Below are positions 22,402-35,325 of a stretch of 64,000 nt of DNA, one piece after another. Under the pieces are notes generated by a model that did not search any database, had not been told where the DNA came from, and worked only from the letters and a program-made list of their open reading frames with translations. Position numbers and translations under genes: made by a program. The number at the start of each line of letters is the position of its first letter. The stretch's first letter is position 1. Origin of the DNA: Eledone cirrhosa (Eukaryota); NCBI GenBank assembly GCA_964016885.1, contig OZ024740.1, forward strand, positions 201,562,001 through 201,626,000, written 5' to 3'.

Positions 22402-22482
22402 AAAACATTCTTCTTGTTGAAGTGAAAGCATCTTTTCTATGGTTTTAATACTCTGCTGTCGCAAATTCCTTTCCTTTTCATG
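22402..22482 (-). CDS. RhoGEF2: Internal coding exon of PDZ-RhoGEF (RhoGEF2/ARHGEF11-12 family), coiled-coil region after the PDZ domain: HEKERNLRQQSIKTIEKMLSLQQEECF
   Basis: Acceptor TATTTCAG and donor GTAAGT, 81 nt, phase 0/0, in frame with the 39375-39493 exon. The spliced ITAPRPVD-HEKERNLRQQSIKTIEKML resembles, from memory, the IT.P.P.D...I.T..KML segment of RhoGEF2/ARHGEF11. Confidence 0.8.
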
Positions 22483-23628
22483 CTGAAATAATACAGTGCG
22501 AGCCACATTAAATTACAAATAGATATATTTCACTTATCAGTACATTAATAGCCATGACAAAGAAATTTAAAAACAAAACATAAAAATATTATCACTAAAA
22601 TAGATATGAATGTGTGTAAGAATACATTAGATTAAAATCAGATAATTACAAAGATCACAGATTCTGATCATCAATATATTTTAGAAGTACATTGTGTAAA
22701 ATAAAATTCCCAAGTTTAAATATTTTAAATATTACAAAATTTCTATTAACCCAGCCGTATCCAGCCAGAATTCATTCAGCTCTTTCTGTTCTAACTGACC
22801 ATAACCGGCTGCTCATACTTATGTTAAGGTATTGATCTCGAAATAAATATCAAAATCGCGTAGATTCAATATTTATGTGAGATAATTATGTGAGGTAAAG
22901 TGTTTACCATGAAAATACAATAGTAAATATAAAGGGTTAAACTACACAATCCATGTTTTTCAAAGAAGTTTGAAAATAGTCAAGTATTTGGAAGCATTTA
23001 GTAAAATATTTAATGTTTTCATTATGAAGATAAGGCATGGGGACATAACCTGACAATAAGTCCTTACATTAAATTTGGATGAAGAGTTTTATTTTAAATA
23101 TGATCACTTTTCTCTTTTGCTACCACATTTATAATGAAAGACACAGCTTGTATTTTAATTAATTTTGAAAATAATCAAGAATTTGGAGAGACTTAGCAAA
23201 ATAGCTTTTTCATTATTAAGTTATCAAATAAATAAATAAATAAATAATAAAGAAATCATTATTAAGTTGAAGTTTTGATATGTACGTATGTATATACTTG
23301 CGTGTATGTATACAGTGAAATTCCATTATAACGAAATTCCAGTGGTATAAAAAAAAATTCTTTATTAATGAGATGGACTGAAACAAACTGAGCATTTGTT
23401 TGTTATTACCTAGGGGATTGAAAAACATTTAGTTATACTGAAAAATTCGTTATAGTGGAATTGTACCTATATATGTGTGCATATATATATATATATATAT
23501 ACAGAATAATGAGAAAGTCATTGACATTTTACTGTTTCTCATTATTCTATAAATTCTAATACACTCACACCTCAACGCGAACTTCAAGACAACACTTTAT
23601 ATGTGTGTGTGTGTATGCATATGTATAC

Positions 23629-23661
<33 letters not shown>

Positions 23662-23820
23662 GATATATAACAAAGAAAGTGTGGTAAGGAACCAGGTGGA
23701 CCATAACGCACCAGAATACTCGATACTCAGGGTAGTAGAGTGGGTGATAGGAAATATATATACAAAGCTGTCAAAAGGTCCAGAGCTCAGCCGTCGGGGT
23801 CCTGACTATTTTCATATATG

Positions 23821-23855
<35 letters not shown>

Positions 23856-24540
23856 GCGCACGCACACACACACACATGCTCACATACATGTATATTCTTT
23901 CCTTCCTCTACACTTAACCCTTTAGCATTTACATTACTCTATATATACTATTGTATTTTTGTGGTAATATTGAATCTACAAAATTTTGCTGTTATTTATT
24001 TTGAGAACAATACCTTAACATTAGTATGAGCATCCAGTTTTAGCTGGTTTGAACAGAAAGAGAGAATTCTGGCCGAATATGGCCAGTTTAAATGCTATGA
24101 TGGAAAGTTGTCATAGATATAAATAGTTTAAACCAAATAATTTTGTGTCATAAAACCAGCGACAGTTTTATGTAATTTTGTATCAAAAAGGTTAAGACAA
24201 GTTTTGTATCATAAAACCACAGACTATCACAGATCAGTTGGAATCAAAATAGTTAAAGGGTGTATTAACAAAGTAGACCTCATAAATTTCATAAACAATA
24301 CCAAAGCAAAAACTTAACTGAAATAATACCATATGAACACACAACAAATAATAATAATAATGGCCCCGCCACGCTTTTTGGTCCCGCCACGCTTTTTGGA
24401 ACGCTTCAAAAGGCATGCTTGCTGGGAACAGCAAGAACCCTCCGATACGTCCTGAATATCTGAGGCTGCAGGTAGTGGCTTGATATTCATTTCAACAAAC
24501 TTTCCAGTTAACTAACATCAATGACTGAGACTCAAAGAAC

Positions 24541-24571
<31 letters not shown>

Positions 24572-25309
24572 GCCTGACAACAAAATAATTTCAGAATGTG
24601 TTGTTTTTTTTCTTTTTCTTTGAAGCCACCACAATGAAATAACTATAAATAATAGTTGATAATTATAATTAATCGTTGAATGAGTCGGGTAGAATAAATA
24701 CCCTTGGAGAAGGAAGAAAGTGGACATGTGGCAAGCGGTAAATATGTTGTTACCCACAAGTGACTATGTACTTTCTTTTTCCATCTCGAGGGATATTTTA
24801 CCAAACACATTCAACTATTATTTATAGTAATCTGCATTGTTGTGGCTTCCTAAAGAACTAAAAAAAAAGCAAACAAATTTTGAAATTTCAAATTTTCCCA
24901 AATGCAAATAATAGTTTTGAGGAGGAAAAAATTTTTCAGTGAATTTTTACCTTCGTATGAGTGTAGTGTGTTCCATTATGAGAGGATGACAGACAAGTTA
25001 GATTGGCACAACAGACAAGTGAGAAATGGTGGCGACAGATTCTAAGCTGTAGCAATAGGAGGTGACAAGCAGAAGTGGTTGAAGTGGAGAAGTTGTTATG
25101 GTTTGTCATCCACTCCCTCATACAATGAATGCATGAGTCAAGGAATAGTTTAGTTTAGAAAACACTATGTCAGGGATAATTTAAAACAAAAGGATGTTTT
25201 AAATCACAGCAGCAGAGACTGAAGTAGTGTGAGGAGGAAAAGTGGGGGAAGTAGAAAAATCAAAATGTGTGTGTATACACATATACAGCCCTAGCTAGCA
25301 TATGTGTAT

Positions 25310-25366
<57 letters not shown>

Positions 25367-25989
25367 AACAACCCTAGCTAGCATCACCCCCACCCCCCCA
25401 ACCTATGATGATGGTGATGATATGTGTAAGTGCATATGTGGGTCTTTACATTATGATTGTATTTAAATAATATATTACAACTCAGAAAAACAAAACAAAA
25501 ACCAATACCAAAATACATCAGTAATGGGGAAAAACATTAGCTGTACATCCTCAATATTGCAGTGTTAGTTTTAATTTTTCAATTTATGTTCCCATATAAA
25601 ACATTTTCCCATACTAAGACTTTTAGTTACTAAAGTCTAACATTTTAATTCAGCTGACCTACCTATACTAATACACTCAACAACAGATGATGATGATAAA
25701 AACAATAAAACATATTTGACACTATAATCATCACCATCACTGTCAATGTTTTTATGTCTGCCTTTCTATGCTGGCATAGGTTGGATGAAAATGTTTGAGG
25801 CCCTTATTCTATCACCAGTAGCCTTCCTGAGTAGTGCCAAGACCACTGAAATAGATGTCTATTCAACCAGTCTTCTCCCATCAGACAGCCTGACCGTGTG
25901 ACATAAACAAATAATACCAATTGTTTAAATCTTTTGATAGCACCTTAACCACCAATAGACAGGCCAACTCCACTGCTGTCAAACATTAA

Positions 25990-26250
25990 CTTCTTCGGCC
26001 ACTTATTCCTGAGAGGTCATGGAGGCAGAGTCCTCAAACACTCCTTCCAGTGGGTCCTGTCAGAAGAAACCCTCTCCAACTGATCCAGCTGGATCCCCAA
26101 GCGTAACCAGTCAAGCTCATTGATGTTATCCAACCATCTTGCTCGGGGTCTACCCCTGGGTTTCTTGCCAGTTGGTTTTGCCTGGGACATTATTTCCTGA
26201 GACATTCTAGTCACATGTCCATAGTATCGGAGCTGTAATCTCACAATTTG
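25990..26250 (-). mobile_element. Short RTE LINE 3' fragment
   Basis: ORF 26017-26244: QLRYYGHVTRM...GKKPRGRPRARWLDNI. Confidence 0.75.
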
Positions 26251-27174
26251 AAGTACTCAATACAACCAACACTCTACTTAGATGTATTGAGTGCTCACTC
26301 CTTTAATGATTGACTGTTTTTATGTCTGGTATCAATGACCAATATCAATGCTATCCAAGAAGTGAGTCCAATTCTTTGGTGTATTTGGGGCACTTCTTCC
26401 AAATATATGATCAAGTCTTGTTCTGCCACATCTATGTTTAGAGATACAGCATACACCTTTATATACTGATGTGTCCCCTGAAGAGCTGAAACTAGGAACG
26501 CCAGTAGCACCTCCTTAGAATTCAAAGATGTTTGAATATATCTGAACGGCTGATTATAAAAATGGTCTTACATTTGCCAAATCAACTAATTAAAAAAATA
26601 ACAATATTAATGTAAATAGTATATGGTATTAAAACAACCACAGAATTTCCTTTCACTATAGTTCATTATACTAATTAATAAATATAATAAGGTTAATGAA
26701 AGATATGATGACTATATCATGTAGTATGATCTTGCACTAAAGCCTCTCTTAATTATTACACCTGTTCTGATACATATAATATTGACACTACTATTGTAGA
26801 ATCACTAGTGGAGAAATGCCAAATATGGCAGGAGGAGGTGTAAATGGTTCATGCTAGTACACAGAGAATGGTGATGGCCATGATGGAGATAGTGATGATG
26901 ATGATGCTAGATAAACAACAGATAAAAGAATAGTTTAGAAGGCAATAAAAACTGCAGCATTCAGCTTGATTAATTAATAGAAAGTGCAGAAGCAAGGCTT
27001 GGTGGTCAGGATGTTTGGCTTATGATAAGGTTGTGGGTTTGATTCCTAAACCAGGTGATATGTGCCCTTGGGCAAGGCTAAAAATGAGTACCAGAAGTAG
27101 CTGGAGGCTAGCCTTGTGACAGACTGGGGTTGCTAATAAAACCATCGTTATGCACGAAATTGCATTGTCTAGGG

Positions 27175-27513
27175 CAGTAGTCACCTACCGGTGGTCCAAG
27201 AGAAAATTTGCAATTTTTAAGTTTTATTAATAATAAAACAAAAATAATATTCTGTTAAAATATATTTTATAACACCCCTAAAAATGTTTCTCCTCAGTAA
27301 AGAACTAACATACATGAAAGAATTTTACACATATGTATCAGCTATCGACAATATGACACACGTACACTTCAATATTATTTAATAAAATGGAAGTTCCCTG
27401 ATTATTATTTTACAAATATATTTATCTTTTTAAAAAGATTTATATTAGTAGTCTACGGGATTTAAAATTATGAATTTAGTGGTCCATGAGGTCCAAAAGG
27501 TTGGCAACCACTG
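27175..27513. mobile_element. hAT (Charlie-like) MITE inserted in an older SINE-like sequence
   Basis: Imperfect TIRs CAGTAGTCACCTACC / GGTTGGCAACCACTG, with 8-bp TSD GTCTAGGG at 27167-27174 and 27514-27521. Confidence 0.85.
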
Positions 27514-29482
27514 GTCTAGGGGGTGGCTGACAAGGAAGAGGGATGTTTTTGTTCATTCATGCCGCAGGTTTCATTTCTTTCCTATTTGACACATCTTACC
27601 TGATCTGGGTATTGAACCCACAACCTTATGATCAAGGTTCTAACCACTAAACCACTCTCCGTCACTTGGCTATGATCCTTGGCTAACAATTCGGCGTTGA
27701 CCAAATCCAAGGAAGTTTGGGAAAACAAATGTATAATGATAACTCAAACTTTAACTAAATGGAAAGTGATGTCTATATGAGGTGAGACATTGATTTAGCA
27801 GAGTCAATAAAGTGTTAGAATGATTGTATTATACGGTATATCTCTCTGCACTCTAACTTTAAATTCTGCCATGGTGAAATTTGCTTTTCAACCTTTCAGA
27901 GTAGATAAGGTACCAGTACCATGCCAGAATCATCCATATCTCTCTCTCTCCCCCAAGAAATCAGCTGTAGTCAAGTTAACATGGGTTAAATTTACAAAAT
28001 TTTCAATAGAAGTTATGTTGATTAGTCAATGTAGCCTGGCTGAATGGTTAAGAAGATCATTTCAATCATTTCCCAATAATAAGGTTCTAAGTTCAATCCC
28101 ACTGCATAATATCTTGGTCAAATGTCTTTTACCAAAGCCTTTTGTGTGAAAACTGTTTGGAATCCTATCAGATGTACTGCACTTCTAATTTAAAGGGCAA
28201 AGCATTATTACACAGTGCTACACAGAATCTCCCTAAGAATTTCATTAAGGGTGTACATATCTATGAAATACTCAGCCACTTAAATGTTAGGTATTGATCA
28301 AACATTGTTGAAACTCAGAGATCAATTTCTTTTTTTAAGGTGTGATTTTTAACCCTTTAATTACCATATTTCTGATAAAATACACTGTATTTGAACAAAT
28401 CAATGAATAATTAAGAGGGATTAAACAAAATGTTGATTATTACACTTATTTGTAAGATAACAAAAAGGTTTTTATATTAAATTATGTTGGAAGATTTTAA
28501 TATAGATAAGAACACTTTAAAATGGATAGTTTTGTTCCATAGAACCAAAGGCAGTTTGGTGTTGAAGACTAAAAGGAGATTTGGCAATTGTTTTTAGCAG
28601 CCAAATCTTTATCATTTTGTATGCTGATAAGTACTGATACTCAAGGAGGCAAATTGACAGAGTTATTAGAAAGTCAGATAGAATGCCTTGCAGTATTTGA
28701 TCCAGCTATCTGTACTGTGGGTTCAAATCCCATTACGGTCAAATTTGCCTTTCCTTTTTTCGAGGCCGATACAAAAAGATATAGTAGCAGTCCGGTACTG
28801 GGGTAGATTCTGCCTCTTTATCACTTTCTCTCTCTCTTTCTTGAGGAAATTGGCAGTGCTGCAACCTGGAGAGGCATGGGCCTCGCCAGGTTTAAAATAC
28901 CCATGACAGGCTGTATGTCATTACAACACCCCCAATGATTCTAGCAGGAGTTACAGGTCAAATGAATGACCCGATGCTTGAAAGTGATATTTAGTAAAAT
29001 TCAGTAATAGTGAAATTATAAAGCAATATTATCATAAAAGTAATTTTGAAAAAAATACATTAAATGAAAATTATCTATTTTATTCTTTACCAGGGCTTTT
29101 TATTTTTGTTTTTACAAGAGAGTGAAATAAAACAATGCACCAACATACACATCCCTATTTTTCTTCTTTTATTCATAAGGTAGTTAAAAAATGTTGGAAA
29201 ATTATCAAGAAGTGTATGATAAACTAATGTAAAATATTAACTCAAGGTTTGGATATCAATTAGAACCAGCTGAAAAACCATAAAAACTGTCTTTAATTAA
29301 TTACATGCTTCTTAAACAGAATAGTATGCAGGATTGTCTGTGAAAACTGAGAGCTATCTTCTTTTTTTTCTATTAAATAAAACACCTACCCAGAAATAAA
29401 AATAGAAATAGTTCTGTACATGTCATAAAATGAATCAATAGAGATGGGAGACCATCTCAAGCCCTTTGCAAAACATCAGATA

Positions 29483-31409
29483 AATTTCTTTATTAGTCAC
29501 AAGGGCACAAAAGAAGGGGACAAATACAAATGGGGAGTTTACATACAGGTATATGAAAATAAAACTATTAATACAATAACAAATAACAATTGAAATCCCC
29601 AATAGGGGGGAGGTGTTACACAGGGGTTGTACACACCCCGAAAAAATGTACAACCCTCATCTCCAGGAGTACCAAGAGTGAGTACTCCCTTCCTCTCTTC
29701 CTCTTTTTCCTCAACCTACAGGCTTATATAGAGAGAAGGCCCAACCACTCGGGCTATCTTTGCCACATTCACCCACCTTTTATAAAATTTGCTGGGGTAC
29801 AGCACCTCTCTCTCCATCCTGATTCTTCTTCCAAAATATTTGAAAAAACCAATCAGTTGCTCGCCGGAGAGAAAGGTGTCTGACCTCAGCCCTTTTAACC
29901 TCGTCCACCATATAACCTCTTTCACCATAGCCATAACACATAGGAAAACCGCCTCTCCCTCATTTTTGAAGGAGGGTGGCGGTTTGATCATGATAATGGA
30001 CTCGGTGGTCAACTGGACAATAGTCGTTCTACATAGCCCCACAGGTCGGTAACGCCCGGGCAGTGTACAAATTCGTATGCGACGGTTTCCTCGTCGCGCA
30101 CGCATCTCGGACAGATCTTTTTCGAAGGGTCTCTACCCGGGCGCCCGTGTCTGTAGAGCTTGTCTCGAACTGGTAGAGCTCCTCTGTAGAGCTTGTCTCA
30201 AACTGGTAGAGCTCCTCGGTAGCACTGCCAGGCCAGGGACTTTTGGAAGTTGTCCATTGGTCCCGGGCGGAAGGTCCTACCGAACAGACTGGCCAGTTCC
30301 TCTTCTTCTACGCCTAGAGTTTCTCCGAGCATGTCGTCGCACTTGCTGAGGACCAACCCTCTATAGAATGTCGAAGTGGAGTCTCCACTGATCGCCGGGT
30401 CCGTTTGCCAGAGAACTGTGAGCGCCTGAGCACATTCGATGTGCCAGTCGCCCATTTTCATCAGTCTTTGCTTGACCCAGGACTGCAACTCAGTCAGCTA
30501 AACGAGTCGTGGGAAGGCTCGCCTCACGAACAGGGCCCACACCGGTTGTCTGGTGAGGAATACGTGGAGGTGCCGCAGCTTGAGCGCGTGTTTGCGCATC
30601 GTCAGCCATGGCATCCCCAGCCCTCCGTTTGAACGGTGTTGGCAGCAGATGGATCTTCTCACCAAAGGAGCCGGTTTCTTCCAAAGGAATTGGAAGAGCA
30701 CGCGCTCCATTTTGGTGAGCGTTTTGGCTGGACAAGGCACAACGGTCAAGCGGTAGTAGATGACGGACGCTATAAAAGTGTTCGCCACCTCCGCTCCTCC
30801 TTTCAAGGATAGTTTGCACTCGGCCATCTTCTGGGTGAGCGCAAACACCTTGGCCATCACCTCGTTCCAGTTCTTCTCCACCTGGAGGTCAGGACCTAAC
30901 CAGACCCCGAGCAGCTTTATCAGTCCTTCCGTCCAGCGTCCGACAACGTCATCGAAAGGCATCGGTTTGCCTCTCCACATTCCGAGTTGCAAACCGACGG
31001 ATTTGTCCCGGTTCAGCTTCGCTCCTGTCAACCTTTCGTATTCCTCCAGTAAGGTGCCGATCTCCCCGCTTTTCGCAGTCCCGGTTCCAAAGGGATGCCC
31101 TGCAATAGCTCCAACTTCCGCGGTAGTGGCTCGAGAGTCAGTACGTACAGAAGGGAGGAGAGAGGGCATCCTATCGGATGGATCACGTGATATGGAACGG
31201 CTCCGAGAGGTAGCCATTCACCTTGACCCTTGAGCAGATGTTGCTGTTGTGCATTGCAGCAATCCAGCCCCTGAACACGGGACCGAAGCCTGCCGCCTCG
31301 AGCACCGCATCCAGGTAACGATGGTCAACCCTATCGAAAGCCTTAGACTGATCCAAGTTGATCAGGGCCCCACTGAAGCCGGGTTTACACCCTACCCTCT
31401 CTATGATGG
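29483..31409 (-). mobile_element. 5'-truncated, internally deleted L1/Tx1-clade LINE ORF2 fragment with 3' UTR
   Basis: Minus strand encodes LINLDQSKAFDRVDHRYL...GFGP.F.GWI, GAKLNRDKS, IKLLGVW and GGLGMP. AATAAA lies near the 3' end (29489-29494). Possible TSD TCAGATA at 29476-29482 and 31410-31416. GC-rich. Confidence 0.85.
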
Positions 31410-31471
31410 TCAGATAGTAGATGTTATTTCAAGGTCCCACTGGACAGAATTGTCAATGCCTTACCCTAGAG

Positions 31472-31797
31472 CAGAGGTTCTCAAAGTGGGCACGACCCCC
31501 ACCCTTGGGGAGGAGAAGGTCTAGGGGCACTGGGGCCTATGGCGGCGGTAGAGATGATATAATATATCAAATATCAAATGATACATATTATATATAAATA
31601 TAGTAAAATAAAAAAAATATATTTATTTATACATAGTATATATTATATTATTTATTAAATATAAATTAATGATTTTATTTATTATATATTATTTACAATT
31701 TGTGTGTAGGCAGGTTTCTCTAGAAATAGGGTCAGGGTGCTGAGGGTATACCGTAGCCGTGAGGGAGGTAGTTGCCTAAAGAATTTGAGAACATCTG
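31472..31797. mobile_element. hAT (Charlie-like) MITE
   Basis: TIRs CAGAGGTTCTCAAA / TTTGAGAACATCTG, with 8-bp TSD CCCTAGAG at 31464-31471 and 31798-31805. Confidence 0.88.
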
Positions 31798-32944
31798 CCC
31801 TAGAGGATAGTGAGGTTATTTCTTGCAGATTGCCATCTCTGTCCTGATCACAGTAAGATGGTGGTTGAGGGACCAAGGATGCCAAGTGTTTCTACTACTA
31901 TGGTTTCGAGAATAAACCTAATGGAGAGCAGCCAGTACTTTAACAGTTTGTGATCCACAGCTTGGTAGGCAGCAGAGCCTGAGTCTTATGCAGAATTCAC
32001 CAATTTGTAGCTGGAGAATGTATTGCTGCAGTTTGCATCTCAGTGAAACAAAGGCAACATTGTTTTCATGCACACAGATATTATATAAGGTTGTGGATGT
32101 AACAGATTCATTAGGGCTCCAGATATTTATTCTGGCTCTCTATACTCCATGTTCATATCCTGCCAGGGTTTGCTCTGCCTTTTATTCTCTTGAGCTCAAT
32201 AAAAAAAAGTACCAGCCCAGTGCTGGTGCAGCTTTCCCCTCCATCTACCTGTTATATCCTGAATATTCTACTGAGTTAAGGGAAGAGCTAAGAAGATATC
32301 TGTACATTCCTGTGACTATATGAGTACCTAACACTATAAGTGAAAGCATGGTACATGCCACTAATTCCTCCTCAATTATTAGTAATAGTCGTACTATATA
32401 GTTCATGTGTGTGTGTGTATTCAGTAATGTAAGTAGGTGTCAGGTTGATGGCATAATATATGTCAGAGGGATTATGGCAATATTTATTAAAATATACAAA
32501 AAAAAAAAAAGTGTAAATTATGTTTTGTCACATACTATCACTCTAAACAGTGATACAGACTTGGCTGTATGATTAAGAAGTTTACTTGGAAACCACATGA
32601 TTTGAGGATCAGTTATACTGTATGGCTCCTCGGGCATGGGTCTTCTACTAAAGCCTTGAAATGACTCGTGCCTGGTGAGTGAAAAATAGTATGTAAAAAC
32701 TGTGCCAAAACCCATTGTGCGTGCGTGTTTCAGTGTCTGTCTTCATATAGACACTAGGGCAGGTGGTAACATTTGTTTATTTCTAGCAACTCAGCTGTCT
32801 AATGTGGGGGAAGAACAATAAAATAAGTACCACACAGTAAAAACATGGGAGAGTGGATATGAAGGGAGATCATTCATCAACAAAATGCTGCTTCAAAATA
32901 GTCATGGCTAGTTCATGCTAGTATGGTAAAGCAGATATAAAAAT

Positions 32945-34225
32945 TATGATGTGGTAGTGGTAGTGTACCACTGGTACATCATGGTTATGTGGTGGTGGTG
33001 ACCATACGGTAGTGGTGACAATATAGTAGTGGTGACAATGTGGTAGTGGTGACCGTGATGTGGTAGTGGTGACCGTGATGTGGTAGTGGTGACCGTGATG
33101 TGGTAGTGGTGACCGTGATGTGGTAGTGGTGACCGTGTGTGGTAGTGATGACCGTGATGTGGTAGTGGTGACCGTGATGTGGTAGTGGTGACCGTGATGT
33201 GGTAGTGGTGACCGTGATGTGGTAGTGGTGACTGTGATGTGGTAGTGGTGACCGTGATGTGGTGGTGGTGACCGTGGTGAGATAGTGATGACCATGGTGA
33301 GATAGTGATGACCATGGTGTGATAGTGATAACCATGGTGAGATAGTGATGACCATGTGATAGTGATGACCATGGTGTGATAGTGGTGACCATGGTGAGAT
33401 AGTGATGACCATGGTGTGATAGTGATGACCATGTGATGGTGATGACCATGGTGTGATAGTGATGACCATGTGATGGTGATGACCATGGTGTGATAGTGAT
33501 GAGCATGTGATGGTGATGACCATGATGTGATAGTGATGACCATGGTGTGATAGTGATGAGCATGTGATGGTGATGACCATGGTGTGATAGTGATGACCAT
33601 GGTGATGACCATGGTGTGATAGTGATGACCATGTGATGGTGATGACCATGGTGATGACCATGTGATAGTGATGACCATGGTGTGATAGTGATGACCATGT
33701 GATGGTGATGACCATGGTGTGATAGTGATGACCATGTGATGGTGATGACCATGGTGTGATAGTGATGACCATGTGATGGTGATGACCATGATGTGATAGT
33801 GATGACCATGGTGTGATGGTGATGAGCATGTGATGGTGATGACCATGGTGTGATAGTGATGACCATGGTGATGACCATGGTGTGATAGTGATGACCATGT
33901 GATGGTGATGACCATGGTGATGACCATGTGATAGTGATGACCATGGTGTGATAGTGATGACCATGTGATGGTGATGACCATGGTGTGATAGTGATGACCA
34001 TGGTGATGACCATGTGATAGTGATGACCATGGTGTGATAATGATGACCATGTGATGGTGATGACCATGGTGTGATAGTGATGACCATGTGATGGTGATGA
34101 CCATGGTGTGATAGTGATGACCATGGTGATGACCATGTGATAGTGATGACCATGGTGTGATAGTGATGACCATGTGATGGTGATGACCATGGTGTGATAG
34201 TGATGACCATGGTGTGATGATTATA
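32945..34225. repeat. Compound minisatellite (20-bp GACCGTGATGTGGTAGTGGT units grading into GTGATGACCAT-based units)
   Basis: Directly visible. It produces His/Thr-rich ORFs in all three minus-strand frames. Confidence 0.95.
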
Positions 34226-35127
34226 ATGATGGCATGGTAATGATAACAATGATATGGTCGTGATGATGATTACAACAATGATGTGGTCATGTTGATCATG
34301 ATTATGATGATAATACCACAGCAAATTCAATAAACATCCAGTGACTTTACAGTTTAGTATTAACAGAAAATTTACTTTTCCATCGTTACTTATCTAACTT
34401 AATGTTAAACATGTCAAGGTTGAAGCAACATCTTAAAGCATTGGAATAATTTCACTTGTTAGACTACTTTCTTCCAGCAAATAACAATACATCTTTCATC
34501 TTATTACTCTCTCTCTCTCTCTCTCTCTCTCACATCTTATTACTCTCTCTCTCTCCTTGCATGCATGTGTGAATTAGACCTCCATCAGTTTTTATGATGT
34601 GTTCCAGTTGTTCTCACAACAAAACAGTCTATTCATAAAATTAACATGCAAGTGATTGAACAGTCCACAGGCATGTACACACTAAATGTAATTCTCAGGG
34701 AAATTCAGAATGAAAGTGTGTGACAAAGAAGACACTTAGAATTACAGGCTTAACTAATGTTTTCTGGTTGGGTGGATTGGAGTGATCTGAAATAAAGAGT
34801 CTTGCTCAAGGATACAATGTACTACCATTACTTTGTTACACCCTTTTGATACTAAACCATCCAAGACTGGTCCAGGTTCTACGATACAAAGCTGTGTGTT
34901 TATATCTATTATAAAACCTTCTGTCATAATTCTGTTGTGTTCAAAACACCAGCATAATAATATATTACTAAACTCCTCCAAATTCTTGATTATTTTCAAA
35001 ATGATTTGAAAATTATAAGCAGAGTTATTCATTAAAAATATGGTAATGAAAGGATTAAAAAATACATCATGTACACATTATTATTTAAGTAAAAAATATA
35101 TCACTCTTTTGGTTGTTATTTTTACTC

Positions 35128-35325
35128 CATATATGTAGTATCCCAACTTAAAACTAAATAGTATACTCCATACATGTAGTATCCCAACTTAAAACTAAAT
35201 AGTATACCCCATATATGTAGTATCCTAACTGAAAACTAAATAATATACACCATATATGTAGTATCCCAACTGAAAACTAAATGATATACACCATATATGT
35301 AGTATCCCAACTGAAAACTGAATAA
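35128..35325. repeat. 41-bp tandem repeat, ~5 copies
   Basis: CATATATGTAGTATCCCAACT(T/G)AAAACTAAAT... at 35128, 35169, 35210 and onward. Confidence 0.9.

Noticed and set aside
23680-23812. Microsatellite-flanked segment possibly carrying a decayed pLTR/hammerhead on the minus strand
   Set aside because: The core nucleotides (CUGANGA, GAAA) are not present, so it cannot be supported.
26471-26502. CTGAAGA-GCT-GAAA-CTA hammerhead-like string
   Set aside because: No stem II or stem III, and only an imperfect stem I. Insufficient support.
32918-34330. 400-470-aa His-rich ORFs on the minus strand
   Set aside because: Open in all three frames because the minisatellite lacks stop codons on that strand. 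There is no splice or homology support.
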